Shown here in pieces: positions 24,393 through 36,966 of a DNA stretch of 64,000 nt. Position 1 is the stretch's first letter, and every line of letters begins with the position of its first letter. Position numbers and translations under genes: made by a program. The DNA is from Octopus vulgaris (lineage: Eukaryota). The stretch is from NCBI GenBank assembly GCA_951406725.2, contig OX597822.1, positions 79,608,001-79,672,000 on the forward strand, written 5' to 3'. Below the pieces are notes generated by a model, which was not told where the DNA came from, searched no databases, and saw nothing but the letters and a program-made list of their open reading frames with translations.

Positions 24393-24905
24393 GGATCTTT
24401 TCCTTTTGAATGGCTGACAATTTTCGAATTTCAACCAATCCTATGCTCCCTTTTGAGCTAAAATCATTTGCTGCGTCTAAAACTGAGACAACATCCTGTA
24501 ACTAACCCTAAACCTCCCCCCTAACCCTAAATTTCTTTTTCTTAATTCTTAAATTAATTTAATTGTTACGCGTGTAAAAAAAAAACTAAAGCAATGGAAT
24601 TAAATTAATTTAACAATTAAGAAAAAACAATTTAAGGTTAGGAGGGAGGTTTAGGGTTAGTTACAGGATGTTGTCTCAGTTTTAGACGCAGCAAATGATT
24701 TTAGTTGAATGGAGGTAATCGATTGGTTAAAATTGCCGAAATGCTCGGATTTTCAGACGAAATATCTTGCAAACTATAGAATTTTCTCAATAAAACCAAG
24801 AGAAAATAATGTTTTATAAACACATTCTACCAGTATACGAAGTTTAAAAGTGTTTAGTTAACTTAAAAATTGTGTTGACATCTGCCGTTCAAAAGGAAAA
24901 GATCC
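24393..24905. mobile_element. MITE with terminal and internal inverted repeats
   Basis: 22-bp TIR GGATCTTTTCCTTTTGAAYGGC. Internal IR at about 24460-24570 and 24600-24705 carries TAACCC motifs. Confidence 0.85.
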
Positions 24906-25049
24906 TATAATATAAATTATATTGGAATATCGAAAAGAATTCTTAGACATGTTATTATTATTAATTCAGTATAAAATAAAATTGTATGTGTAAAATATTA
25001 ACGGAAATGAAAAATAAAGCTACCTTAGAGTATCATGTGTTTATGAGAT

Positions 25050-27526
25050 TAACCCGTAGTTTGAAGTACATTAGAAACAGGTAATAATAAGGATTTGGTA
25101 GCATTTTGGTAGCATGAGTTATCCGGGATATCATATCAATCATAGCGTACACTCTGTTATCTCAAAATCTATTCAACATTGTTTTTCTAATAACCTTTAT
25201 CCCCTTTGATATATAAACCTGCAATAATTAAATCGTATATTTACCACTTCAGTATAAATTTTAATCAGTATAAATTTTACAATATGTTACTAACTATCGC
25301 ACATCCCCTGAGTATAAGGTACACGCCCTAAGAACAGGGTTTTCGTTATGGTCTAAAGTTTTGGGTTCGATGCTGCAGCTATGTATGTGTTGGGCGCTCG
25401 TGTATTCAGAATTGTTTCGGTGTATATTTTGATAATAGAGAGAAAATTTTCGTCTATCAGAGGCTGTTACGATAGACTCAAAGTTGGGCGGGGAAGAGTA
25501 GAATAGCTTTAGGGTAGATCTATTAAAAATAGAGTAATATTTATGCTGACGAGGGAAGTTGGAGTTTAAAATATTAAAACAGGATTTGGCTAAGTTCTTA
25601 ACATTTAGTGAGAAGGGGGGTGTATACCATAGAATAGAGTGTCTACCGCTTCGTTTTGGTTGCTTAGGGATAGTATGATCTGTATTTTTAGAAATTAGAG
25701 TGAGTTATATGGCCCGTTATTGTTAGCTTTTGACCTAATGTTATATGTGTACGTATGGGGTCTAAGCTGTCTTAATCTGTGTACTTCTGGGATTCTAGTA
25801 TAGTACACGAATGGTCTGCTATGGTTATGGTGGTTAGCATGTGTTGATATGACTTGGGATATATGTTGCTTGAGCTTAGTATTAGACGTTAATTTTACTT
25901 GTTGGGAGAAGCCGCTGGCTGCGAGTGCTTGGTTGCAATAAGGCACGTGGTTATTGAATATTTCTTCAGTGTCTGAGAGGCTAGATATACGAATTGAGAT
26001 ATCCTTAACTATATTATCAAAGGTGGATTTGTGGTGACTGGAATTAATGTTTAAGTACCCATGGTACTGGTTGGGTTTATGATATGGGGAGTATTGGGAG
26101 GTTTCTAAGTTTAAAGTTACGTCTAAAAAATTAGCGGTTTTATGGGAATTCTCAAAAGTAAAGTATAGGTTGAGATTGGAGAAAAATTTGTACAGATCTT
26201 TCCTACTTCGTTCTTAGGAGGATTTATTACCACCCTTGGTGATTAGCAAAGCGTCATCTCTGTATAGGCTTCCCTTGATATTAGGGAAATGTGTTCGGAG
26301 CTGATGGAGTGAGTATAGTCCAATGAGGTCCGTGACCTGGGAAGAGTCGGATGATACCATAGTAATGTCAAAGCATTTGCTATAGTTATTGTTAGTGTTA
26401 TAGTGGTTGGCCCGGCACCAGAATTAGTCCTCGAAATGAATAAGAGATTTTCAGGTATTAAGAATTATGTTAATTTCTAGTGGGGTTAGGTTAGTTAGAT
26501 GCCTGGCTAGAAGGAGGGCTTGATTTAGAAGTTTTGGAGAAATAAATGAATAGTAATTATTCATATTGAATTGTGTGAATGAAGACAAATTAAGAAATGG
26601 AACCATATTATGACTTTACCTGTACTGGACCATAGGTTGACGTTTAATTACTCCTTGTTAATTGGTATTATTTTATCCAGAATGTTCTTGCTTATTCTTC
26701 CCAGGTAAGATTTGGTAGGGCATATGAGGCGTATAGATGGTTTGGTTATGAAGTCTTTCTTTTGATCCTTAAGGTTGAAGTGTAGAGATGTAGCGCAGTA
26801 GGGTTCTGTGCGATCGTCCACGTGTAGTTTGTTCATTATCTTGCATTGGCTGGTATTGATAATGTCATGGGCAGACGTCGGGACCAATTTATATGATTTG
26901 TATAGTTTTTTTTTGAAGAACGTGATGTATTCCTCGATAGTAATAGAATACATGTTTCCCGTTTTATCTGAGAAGACGCGCAATTTAGGTGATGAAGTGA
27001 TCCGTTTTATAGCTTGGGTTAGTTTTTTTTGAAAGGGGATTTATAGTTAGGGAATTTAATGTTCCTTATCATATGAAGTTTATCTGCTTCGAATTTGTCG
27101 AGTTGGGGATTTTGTGGAATATTTTTATAGGATCGAACATTGTTTGTATTGGTGCTATTATCACTCCGGTTGTTACCGTTGTTGTGGAAGGTTTTCCACC
27201 ACATTCTTCGGATGAAGTCTTTAGTGTTGATGAGTAAGAGTAAGCCAAAAGGTTTTGCGTGAAGGAATAGGTATGTCCTTAAGGGAAATGTCAAGGAATT
27301 ATTCTTTTACTTTTTTCAGTCATGTGACTGTGGCCATGCTGGAGCACCGCCTTAAGTCGAGCAAATCGACCCCAGGACTTATTCTTTGTAAGCCTAGTAC
27401 TTATTCTATCGGTCTCCTTTGCAGAACCGCTAAATTACTGGGACGTAAACACACCAGCACCGGTTGTCAAGCGATATTGGGGGGAGAAACACAGACACAC
27501 AAACATACATATACACACACACACAT

Positions 27527-27593
<67 letters not shown>

Positions 27594-27790
27594 CGTATAT
27601 ACGACGGGATTCTTTCAGTTTCCGTCTACCAAATCCACTCACAAGGTTTTGGTCGGCCCGAGGCTATAGTAAAAGACAGTTGCCCAAGGTGCCACGCAGT
27701 GGGACTGAACCCGGAACCATGTGGTTCGTAAGCAAGCTACTTACCACAAGCGTTACTTGTAATAAGTGCTTGTATAACCAAAGAAGCAAT
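25050..27790 (-). mobile_element. Degenerate Penelope-like element, interrupted by a SINE
   Basis: DFIRRMWWK, SDKTGNMY, PSIRLICPTKS.LGRISK, YRDDA near 26255, FLDV, PY.NQALAASGF. Confidence 0.8.
27310..27750 (-). mobile_element. SINE family 2, near full length
   Basis: Reverse complement of 46604-47005, with a central (CA)n/(TA)n. Confidence 0.88.
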
Positions 27791-27791
27791 A

Positions 27792-28644
27792 ATATGAGAG
27801 GTTTTGGTATCCAGAAGATCTAAAAGGTAGGTATGGTTATGTAAGTGCTACAGAAGGACCGCTGTTAGACTCCAAGTTCGGTAATGGTATTAGTGAGGAG
27901 TCTAAAGCAGGTCGTGTGTGAGTGTATATATGTTAAATAAGATGAGACAGCAAAGCCAAGGTAGTGTGAAATTTCTAGGACATTTTATAAAGATAAAGGC
28001 AGTCTTACAGCTGTTTCAAGGATATAAAAGATATTCCATCATCAGAGACGATATGAGAGAGTTAAATAGAAGGAAATAGTAGAGTTAAATATAAGAAGTT
28101 ATTTTGGAAAGGGGGAGATATCAGAATTATAAAGGGAAATATAAGAATAAAAATAAAATATATATAAAAAATATAAGAATAAAAATAAAAAGATATGAAT
28201 AAAAATAAAAATAGAAATATAAAACTATAAAAATATATGTTGGATGTTAAACTGTACGGTTAACATCCAACATATATATTCATTTTTATTCTCATATCTC
28301 CCTTCATACTTCCTATATCTTTCTCTTTCCAAAATAACTTCTTATATTGAACTCTACTATTTCCTTCTATTTAACTCTCTCATATCGTCTCTGCTGATGG
28401 GATATCGTTTATATCTCTGAAACAGCTGTAAGACTACCTTTCTTTTTATAAAATGTCATAGAAATTTCGTACTGCCTTGGATTTGTTGTCTCATTTTATC
28501 TAACATACACACGCTCATACACGACTCGCATTAGACTCCTCACTCATACTATTATCGAACCAGGAGTTTGATAGCGGTCCTTCCGTAGCGCTTACATAGC
28601 TTTACCTGCCTTTTGGATCTTCTGGGTACCAAAACCTCTCATAT
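27792..28644. repeat. Inverted pair of PLE pLTRs, each with a hammerhead
   Basis: Diverged arms fold about 28255 (TGTTGGATGTTAA..TTAACATCCAACA). Hammerhead at 28002-28049(-) has CTGATGA and at 28387-28434(+) has CTGCTGA; both have GAAACAGCTGTA. Confidence 0.85.
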
Positions 28645-28675
28645 ATATATATATATATATTTATGTGTGTGTGTG

Positions 28676-28723
<48 letters not shown>

Positions 28724-28764
28724 CGTGTGTGTGTGCGTGTGTGTGTGTGCTTGTGTGTGTAACC

Positions 28765-30278
28765 TTGATAACTTTGATTGGTTTTGATCAGTTTTGGCTC
28801 AAGTCATGTCTAACTTAATAGCACCACCTGGTGAAGTCTTTTAGTTACACATGGGGCACCATGGCCTACTATAGCAAAGAGTTATTATTTGTTGGAGACA
28901 TATCCGGGTGTAGAAGGTTGGTCCGGGATTTTTTGAAGAAATTTGTCCAGTGAACATTTGGATTTTATGGGATCAGTTTCCGTTGTGACGTATTTTGATT
29001 TGGTGTTAAAGAAAGCTGGACCAGTTGAGGTAAAGTAGTTGTGACGTAATGTTGTTATGTATCCCGAGTTCGATTTTTGAATTGGTCGGTTAGCACGGGG
29101 GCCAAGTCTCGGGCGAATTTTGAAATTGATGCTAACATAATTTGTGCCAAATCAATGGAATATTTTCCACATCACGCAAATGATGTAGCGCTCCCGGCGG
29201 CCTTGGAAGGAGTAGCGATTGAGTTTTTTAGTCGACCTCAATAGTCAATCCCTGTGGTACTGTCTATATTTCTTGTTATTGACTTCTGGAGTGCTTTCAC
29301 TTTCATAGTGAGTTGTTTCGTGTGGGGAGACCACTGTAGGCAACAATATTAAAGGTGGGGTCGGGCAAAAGTAGAGTAGAGAAGGATGAAGGTGTGGGCA
29401 TGTCTAGATCGGAAAATTCTCGGGATGCAGGAGCACATCTTGTGGGCAAAGTGAACCTTGCTGTTTACGTGGGAAGTCCAGCTTAGATTGTTATCCACAA
29501 TTTCTCCAAGGTCTCTGGTGTTGACACTAGGAAGTCGACCAAGGAACGGTATATAGTAATTTCAGAGTATCCTCTTTTCCAAAGTGGACCAAATTATATT
29601 TATATTCATTTAGAAGCATATTGTTCTTTTCCACCCATTGGACAACAACAGACAAATCCGACTGAAGGTATGTTCGGTCTCCCATACCGTTTATGGCCTT
29701 CTGGAGTTTCCAATCAACTGCAATGATTTTCAGTGTTGAATGTTTGATGATGCCTGCTGTCATTGATGTAGATAGTGAAGAGGAGTGTGCTCAGCACAGT
29801 ACCTTGTGGGGCACCACTACTGACTTTGGCTGAGCTTGATCGGATTCCTTCAAACACAAAATGTCAGGTTTTGTTTGTCAGGAAACACTTTATCCACTGC
29901 GGCAGCTTACCACAGTCTCCAATAGTGGACAATTTCTTCAGCAGGATTTTGTGGTCCACTCTGTCAAATGCCTTGCTGAAATCAAGGTATATGATATCAG
30001 TGTTGGAGCCTTCACCCAAAGCTTTTAAAATGTCATCAAAATAGTGCAGAAGCTGCCATCACGGAAGCCATGCTGGTTGGGTTCAGCAGATTGTTGTCTT
30101 CGTGGAAGTGAGTTATTCGCAATCTCACCACCCTCTCAAATACTTTAATGGTATGAGAAGTGAGTGAAATCGGACGGTAGTTCGCTACAAGAGATTTATT
30201 TTCCTTTGTGAAAACTGGAACGACAGACTGGGAAAGAAAATGATCAGGAGTGTAGCTTACGTCAAGTGAGTTGCTCCA
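28765..30278 (-). mobile_element. Degenerate CR1/L2-type LINE RT fragment
   Basis: NYRPISLTSH, IYLDFSKAFDRVDH, GAPQGTVL, RDLGEIVDNNLSW and WSPH on the minus strand. Confidence 0.8.
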
Positions 30279-30424
30279 TATATATGTATAATATATACAT
30301 ATATATATATATAGTCTGAAATTTATAGTGTTAATTGTCTATTATGGATGGTACATTACTCAAAGAAATACCAACTTTGTCTGATTTTCACGCTCTATTT
30401 ACAATCTTAAAAAGATATAATATA

Positions 30425-30495
<71 letters not shown>

Positions 30496-33145
30496 CATTG
30501 TGTACAGTGCTCAGGTGCACTACAACTCATCTAAAGTGTATGTATAATCAGGTGTAGTTTCGGCGGATTTCGGAAAGCATGAGGGCCTTAAAGGATGCAG
30601 TGTCATGGCAGTCAACAACTGACGCAGGCAGTTTGTTCCATGCTTCAGCAACTCCGAGCGTGAAAAAATGTTTCTGAAAGTCATGGGAGCTGTGTTGTTT
30701 TCTGACTTTGTAGGCATGTCCACGTGTGTTGGACACATGGAGATCAAAAAGGTGTTCAGTGTTGTTGTTGGTGAGGTGGTTGATAACTTTGTGGGTGTTT
30801 ACCAAGTCCATCGCCAGACGCCGGAGCTTCAGTGAATCCATGGCCAGGGAAACAAGGTGCTCAGAGTATGGTAGGTGTCTGATGGAGGGTATGCATTTGG
30901 TTGCACGTCTCTGAACAGATTCCAGGAGGTCAATGTTCTGAGCAAGATAGGGGTTCCAAACTGATGATGCGAATTCCAAGTGTGGTCGTACCATAGCTGT
31001 ATACAGTTTTAAATAGATGACTGGAGAGCGGCTAACAAAAGTCTTGCTGAGTGATGCTAAGACACCCTCGGCCTTCTTGACAATTTTAGAGATATGCTTT
31101 GTCCAACGCAAATCACTGCTGACAGTGATGCCTAGGTCACGCTCGCAAGAGGATTTCTTGATATCAGTGTTGTGGAGGGAGTATGTAGACGCAGGGTTTT
31201 TTCTCCCAAAATGCATGGTGGTACACTTGTCCACAGCCAGTTTCAGTTGCCAGTCTGTGATCCATTGCTGCATTGTGTCCAGGTCTGATTGCAGGAAAGA
31301 GCTGTAGACAACAGGATCTGTCCTCTTGATTTCAAGGTACAGCTTGATGTCGTCTGCATATTTCAATAGTGTGGCATTCTTTAAATTGGTATCTATGTCA
31401 TTAATGTATGCCACAAACAAGAAGAGACCAAGAACAGATCCCTGTGGTACACCCGATGACATCTCATATGGTGTAGAATGCTGTCCTAGAACTGTGACTA
31501 CCTCCTTTCGGCTGAGAATGAAGGATTTCAACTAGTTAAAAAGATCATACATCACACCTATTGCAGAGAGTTTCACCATAAGCCTTTTGTGTGGCGCAGA
31601 GTTGAAAGCCTTAGCAAAGTCAAAGTAGACAACATTCACCCATGAGCCACTGTCAGTGATCTGAGTAATGTCCTCAAGGAACTCGACAAGCTGATCACTG
31701 CAGCTGGAGTTAGGGACAAATCCATATTGTGAGGGTCGGATGAGACTGTGAGAGCTCCGGAAGTTCTAAAGTGTTTCTCTGACACACGATTCCATCAGTT
31801 TTGCAATACAGCTAGTGAGACTGACTGGGCGATGGTTGACAGGTGATGTGCGGTCGCCCTTTTTGAACAGAGGAATGACACTGGCAGTTTTCCACTGCTC
31901 CAGAGTAGCACTATTGTTGAGACAGTACTGGAAAAAAATAGAAAGCTGGTGTAAAAGGAAGTACCTGCCACGTTTGAGAAGCAGGTATGTAACTCCATCA
32001 AAACCAGGGGAGGCATAGTTGCGCTTATTTTGAAGGTGACGTCGCAGCAAGCATTACAGGTGTAAATTCCATAGTTGTTATGGAATTTGCTGTTAGAGAT
32101 GGTGAAGATGGTACATTTTGATTTTCAACAGTGAATATGTTTGCATAGCACTCGGCAAGAGTTCTGCGTATTCCTTGGGATCGTCAGTGATCTGGTTTGT
32201 GTGAGGGTTGCGAAGAGGGCCCACTGGAGAGTGAGGTCTCTGCTTCGAATGCACATATTTCCAGAAAACCTTGCTGTCAGGATTGGCTGCTATGCACTGT
32301 TCAAATTCAAGCATTGCTTTTTTTGTCACTTGCTTGAGATGGTTGGAAGATTTATTCCGCTTTTTCCTGTTGGTGTCTGATTTATGCAACTTGTATTCCC
32401 GTTCAGCAGTCCGACGTTCCTTCCTGGCAAGTCGGACCGCTGAAGTTTCCCAAATTGCACATTTGGGGCGGTTCTTCTTTTTCTGTTTACGTGGCACTGA
32501 TGCGGCACATGCTGCCCATATTGAGTCCAGGATACTCTGGAGTATGGTATTCACATCTCCTGAGTGGTAGAATTCACGCCAGTTTGGGTACTGTAATTCA
32601 GTGTGGTACAGGTTCCAATCTGCTCTCTTCCAATCGAAGGAAGCAGATTGGAGATGGTTCAGGTTTTTGTTGTTGCCCGCAAGAGCCAGATTGGCGATGA
32701 TCATAGCATAATCAGAGTCGCCTAGAGGTTCCTCCGTAGTACAATTGATAACCGCTTCAGGAGTTGTGGTGAAGAGCAGGTCCAAGGTGTTTCGCCTCTT
32801 GTTGGAGAGGTGACTACTTGTGACCAGTTTGAGTCCAGTACAAGCTCAACGAAATCGTTTGCATTCTGTGGCCAATGGAAGGTTTCCCAATTGATCTCAG
32901 GATGATTGAAATCGCCTGCAATAAAAACATAAGTGGTTTTCCTGGCAGCAGCTCGGAGGATATCGCAAAGCTGTGTGTCTTGATGGTAATTTGGGGGACG
33001 ATAAACAACGCCAAGCAGGAGTGTTGACATGGTCATACGTATGTCACAGAAAAAAACTTCTTGTGATTCGTTCAAATCAGCACAAGGAATTACCGAAAAA
33101 TGTGAACGAACGTAGACCATCACACCACCACCATGGACAAACTCT
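30425..33145 (-). mobile_element. CR1-type LINE ORF2 (APE and RT), frameshifted, ending in a TAA/TTA tail
   Basis: VYRPP, AGDFNHP, PTRG, LGDSD, SPGFDG, RPVSLTS, GVPQGSVLG, YADD, VRPHLE, TRGH, WNKLP. Confidence 0.92.
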
Positions 33146-33423
33146 AATCAAAGTAAGATTTCACGCACCATAAGTAATAACCTGAGTACCCTTGTCACCT
33201 ACTATGTAGATAGCGAACGATTCGACCTCAGGCTGAATGCGAACTCAACAAACGATCGTTATGTGTATTTTCAAAATCATGCTGTAGTGCAGTCAAATTC
33301 GAGTTTTTCGCTTTTTCTTCCTCGTTTTTTGTCCGACTATGACATGTGCACACTCTCGCTAACTGAAAGCTTCATATCATGTGCCTGCTGTTCGTTTCTG
33401 ATGTTTCAATAAAAAGTTCTTAC

Positions 33424-33818
33424 TTAGTTAGTTAGTTAATTTTTTGGCTCAAAAAGCAAAAAGCAAGGCCATGTAGGGGGACATGGAGTTATGTGCAGGG
33501 TGGTGTTCATGTAAAGAGTTCAGGCCACTTGTGGTCAAGGGAGACTTTGAACCGAGCGGTCGTCGGCATCTTCACCATCTCGTCCGGCAGCTTATTCCAC
33601 GGATCCGCAACCCGGACGGAGAAAGCCCCTCTCCTTCGATTGAGATGAAATCGTCGCAGATAGAGCTTTTCGGAGTGACCCCACAGCCGACGCTCTGGAT
33701 CAGGAGAGAAGAACAGCTCTTTCGAGAGGTTACACTTTCCGCTTATGATGTTGTGAGCAAGAATGAGATCACCACGGCGTCGTCGTTTTTCTAGAGAATA
33801 AAGGTCGAGCGTCTTTAA
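33424..33818 (-). mobile_element. CR1 3' end fragment with (CTAA)n tail
   Basis: Minus strand reads YSLEKRRRRGDLI..RLRGHSEKL..FSVRVADPWNKLP. Confidence 0.85.
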
Positions 33819-33819
33819 G

Positions 33820-35275
33820 GTAGTGCAGAAACACTGTATTACTCGTGAGTTCTAGCCTTGAATTATCTTAGGTACCGGTGTGCTTCTATTTGTTTAGCTA
33901 TAAAATGGGGTAAGAACAAAACTCAGGCTTTTTACAGATAAAGATTGCTTCATTTTGTGCTAAATTCCTTTCTTTGTTCTCGGAAATTATGTTCGCCTTT
34001 CCATCGCATTTTTTAACGCGTTTAACTGAGCCTCTGCAGATTCTGAGCTCACCCAGAGGTGCAGCTGCACTGGGTAATTAATCATCGCAAATTTGGCGGC
34101 TTTGTTGAAGATGAAGGGGGAGAATGTTAGAAAATCGATAAAGACCACCATGAAAGCAAACCTTCACAAACAAAATGAAATGAATAATCAGGGCTGACAA
34201 AGTTTTCAAATTTCCTGGTAAGCGGAAAAATGTGACTGAGAATTAATTAGCATCTCAGTTTTCACTCGTATCTCAAAACACAAAAGCATGAAATTTCGCT
34301 TAAGAAAATCTTTGTATCTTAGTTCATTCATACCTCAAGTTAGGGCTAAAAGAAAAGGTTGCAGTCAATTTAAATGCGGAAACCTGCAAGGAATAGTTTT
34401 ATTGAGTTTCCACTGATTGATTGGCAATTTTGTTAAACTCGAATCAAATTAAGATTTCTTACACCAAAAGGATCACTCTGATAACCCTATGCCCCTGCTG
34501 TGTAGGTAGCAAATGATTCGATCTAACGCTGAATGCAAACAAATAAACGTTTTTTTAATGAAAATCCCTTGGGTGGGGATCAACTTACCCATTTTAATTT
34601 TTAATCCTACTTGAATAAAACATCCTGGGCTCTGGCTGGATAACTTAAATCAACCGAATGCATAAAAGTAAAGCCCTTCCTAAATAGATTCATTGAATAG
34701 GCTCCAACTCTTTTATGGCATACTTAAGGAATGATAGCATATCAAGTATATTTGGTCTTTCATGAAAATCCCGCTCTCTTGTCATTCACTTGGTCTAACT
34801 CGTTAATTATTCCCTGCATTTCTCAAATCAAAAAAGCGTGCACCTTTGGAAGCCAAAACACATGATAACGCGTCTTCGCAAAACACAAAAATGCGCTGAT
34901 TCAGACAGACTGTCTGCAAATGCGCACGCGCATTCAACTGTCAAGGGTAAAATTATCTCCGTTCAAAAAACAGCTGGCAGTCTATTGGCATATCTAGCTG
35001 TACGCACGCACCGCGTACAAATTTCTATGTTTTAGCGATTTTGAATGGACATGTCCATAACTGATGGGCATAAGGGGTCGCTTTATAAATTTTTTAATGG
35101 CTTTCTGGGGTTACTGGGGAAATGAAAAGATCTTCACGACCACCCTCAGACAGTTTTAAAAGCCCATAGAAAATACGAGCCGTTTACGTGGAAAACTGTG
35201 GATTTGTATAAAGGACATACAGACACACAGACACATAGATACACAGACATTTTGCCGTTTATAGATATAGAGATA
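33820..35275 (+). mobile_element. Probable non-autonomous Helitron-like (HINE/DINE-type) element
   Basis: 3' end has GACA-rich repeats followed by TTTATAGATATAGAGAT, like the end of 56980-57495. 5' boundary is a guess. Confidence 0.4.
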
Positions 35276-35467
35276 TAACATAATATAATATAATATAATA
35301 TAATATAATATAATATAATATAATATGAGATAATATAATATATTATCTTATATTATTATAAGATTGTGAATAAAACGTGAAAACCAGACACTTGGAATTT
35401 CTTTGAATAATACATTCTTCTATACACAATCATGCATACCCGTGTATATATATATATATATACACAA

Positions 35468-35640
<173 letters not shown>

Positions 35641-35699
35641 TTAGTCCATGTATGTATGCATGTATAGAGTGCCTGAAGTGGTGTACAGATGTTGTATAC

Positions 35700-36397
35700 T
35701 GAGAAAAAGGAGGCAGTCAGAATCTTTTAATAACCCTTTATTAGAGCTTTCGCTCATTTACGAACTCGTCAAGACGAAATCAAAATCAAAAGGCTAAATA
35801 GAAAGATAGAGGGAGAGAGGGAGAGAGAGAGAGAGAGAGCGAGAGGGAGAGAGAGAGAGAGAAAGAGAGAGGGAAGTTTATTTCCAATTTGATGTTGTCC
35901 TTTCTTTGAAATTTCATTTCGTTTTTTCTTTCTCTTTTCTTTTTTTCTTTCTACATTGTATACCCATCAACGTATTTGTAAATAAGTACATTTTCTCACA
36001 AGTACTGGTGACCTTTCAAAGGTGTCAATTTTAGGAAGTAAGATGGAAGAAATAAGAAAAGGGGGAAAATATTAGTGTATGTCCGTTTTTTTGTAAAACA
36101 TGTCTATTGTGACTGTAAAGTGGTGTATTTTTATGTGGATATCCAGGAATGGTAATTCATTGCAACTGGATTCTGTCATGAATTTGGTAGATGGATGAAG
36201 TGTGTTGAGTATATTATTAAATGCTTGTAGGTCCTCATTTGATTTATCCCAAAAGATGAAGCAATCATAGCAGAAGCGTTTCCACTTTTTAAACGTTCTG
36301 TTTTCACCATTTTGATTTTGATTTTGTCTTGAGTTCGTAAACGAACGAAAGCGCTAATAAAGGATTATCCAAAATTCTGACTGCTTCCTTTTTCTCA
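35700..36397. mobile_element. PLE remnant: inverted pLTR pieces enclosing an RT fragment
   Basis: 35700-35790 is the reverse complement of about 36310-36397. Minus strand 36110-36290 reads WKRFCYDCFIFW..LHPSTKF..ELPFLDI. Confidence 0.75.
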
Positions 36398-36606
36398 ATG
36401 TAAATATATATCGTAAAAATTTTAATCTCGTTCGGCTTAACAGCCCTTCTTGTTTGTGTTACTGTTAGTCTCCTTGTTCTGTCTTTTACTGTTTATATTT
36501 TGTACTGTCGTTACTGTCCTGTTTTTGTTACCATTTTTACCCCTCCGCAAAAAAATCTCAAATTTTATTTAATTTGATTTTCGCGGGAAGGATTGTTTTA
36601 TTAAAG

Positions 36607-36667
36607 TCATGTATCGCCTTGACCTTCGAAACGTGGAGTAGATGAAACAAAGGCGACTGAAGAAGGG
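36607..36667 (+). ncRNA. Non-circularly permuted (pseudoknotted) hammerhead ribozyme, copy 2
   Basis: Order is TCATG-TA-TCGCCTT, CCTT-C-GAAA-CGTGG, AAGGCGA-CTGAAGA-AGGG. Downstream tail is homologous to 22360-22480. Confidence 0.75.
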
Positions 36668-36932
36668 GAATTTTCCTTGTTTTGTATGTCCTGTACTCTA
36701 TTTTTTCGTTGTTTAAGAAAAATGTCCATTTCCTTAGTTTTGTGTTTATGTTTTCGTTTCTCATTGTGTTCGACGATTTTTGGTGTCCTGTACCCATATA
36801 TGCATGTATATATACATGTAGAGGTAGGTACGTACATATATGTATGTATATATACATATGTTTTATTTATTTATTAATTTATTATATATATATATATTTA
36901 TATATATATATATGTATATATATATATGTATG

Positions 36933-36966
<34 letters not shown>

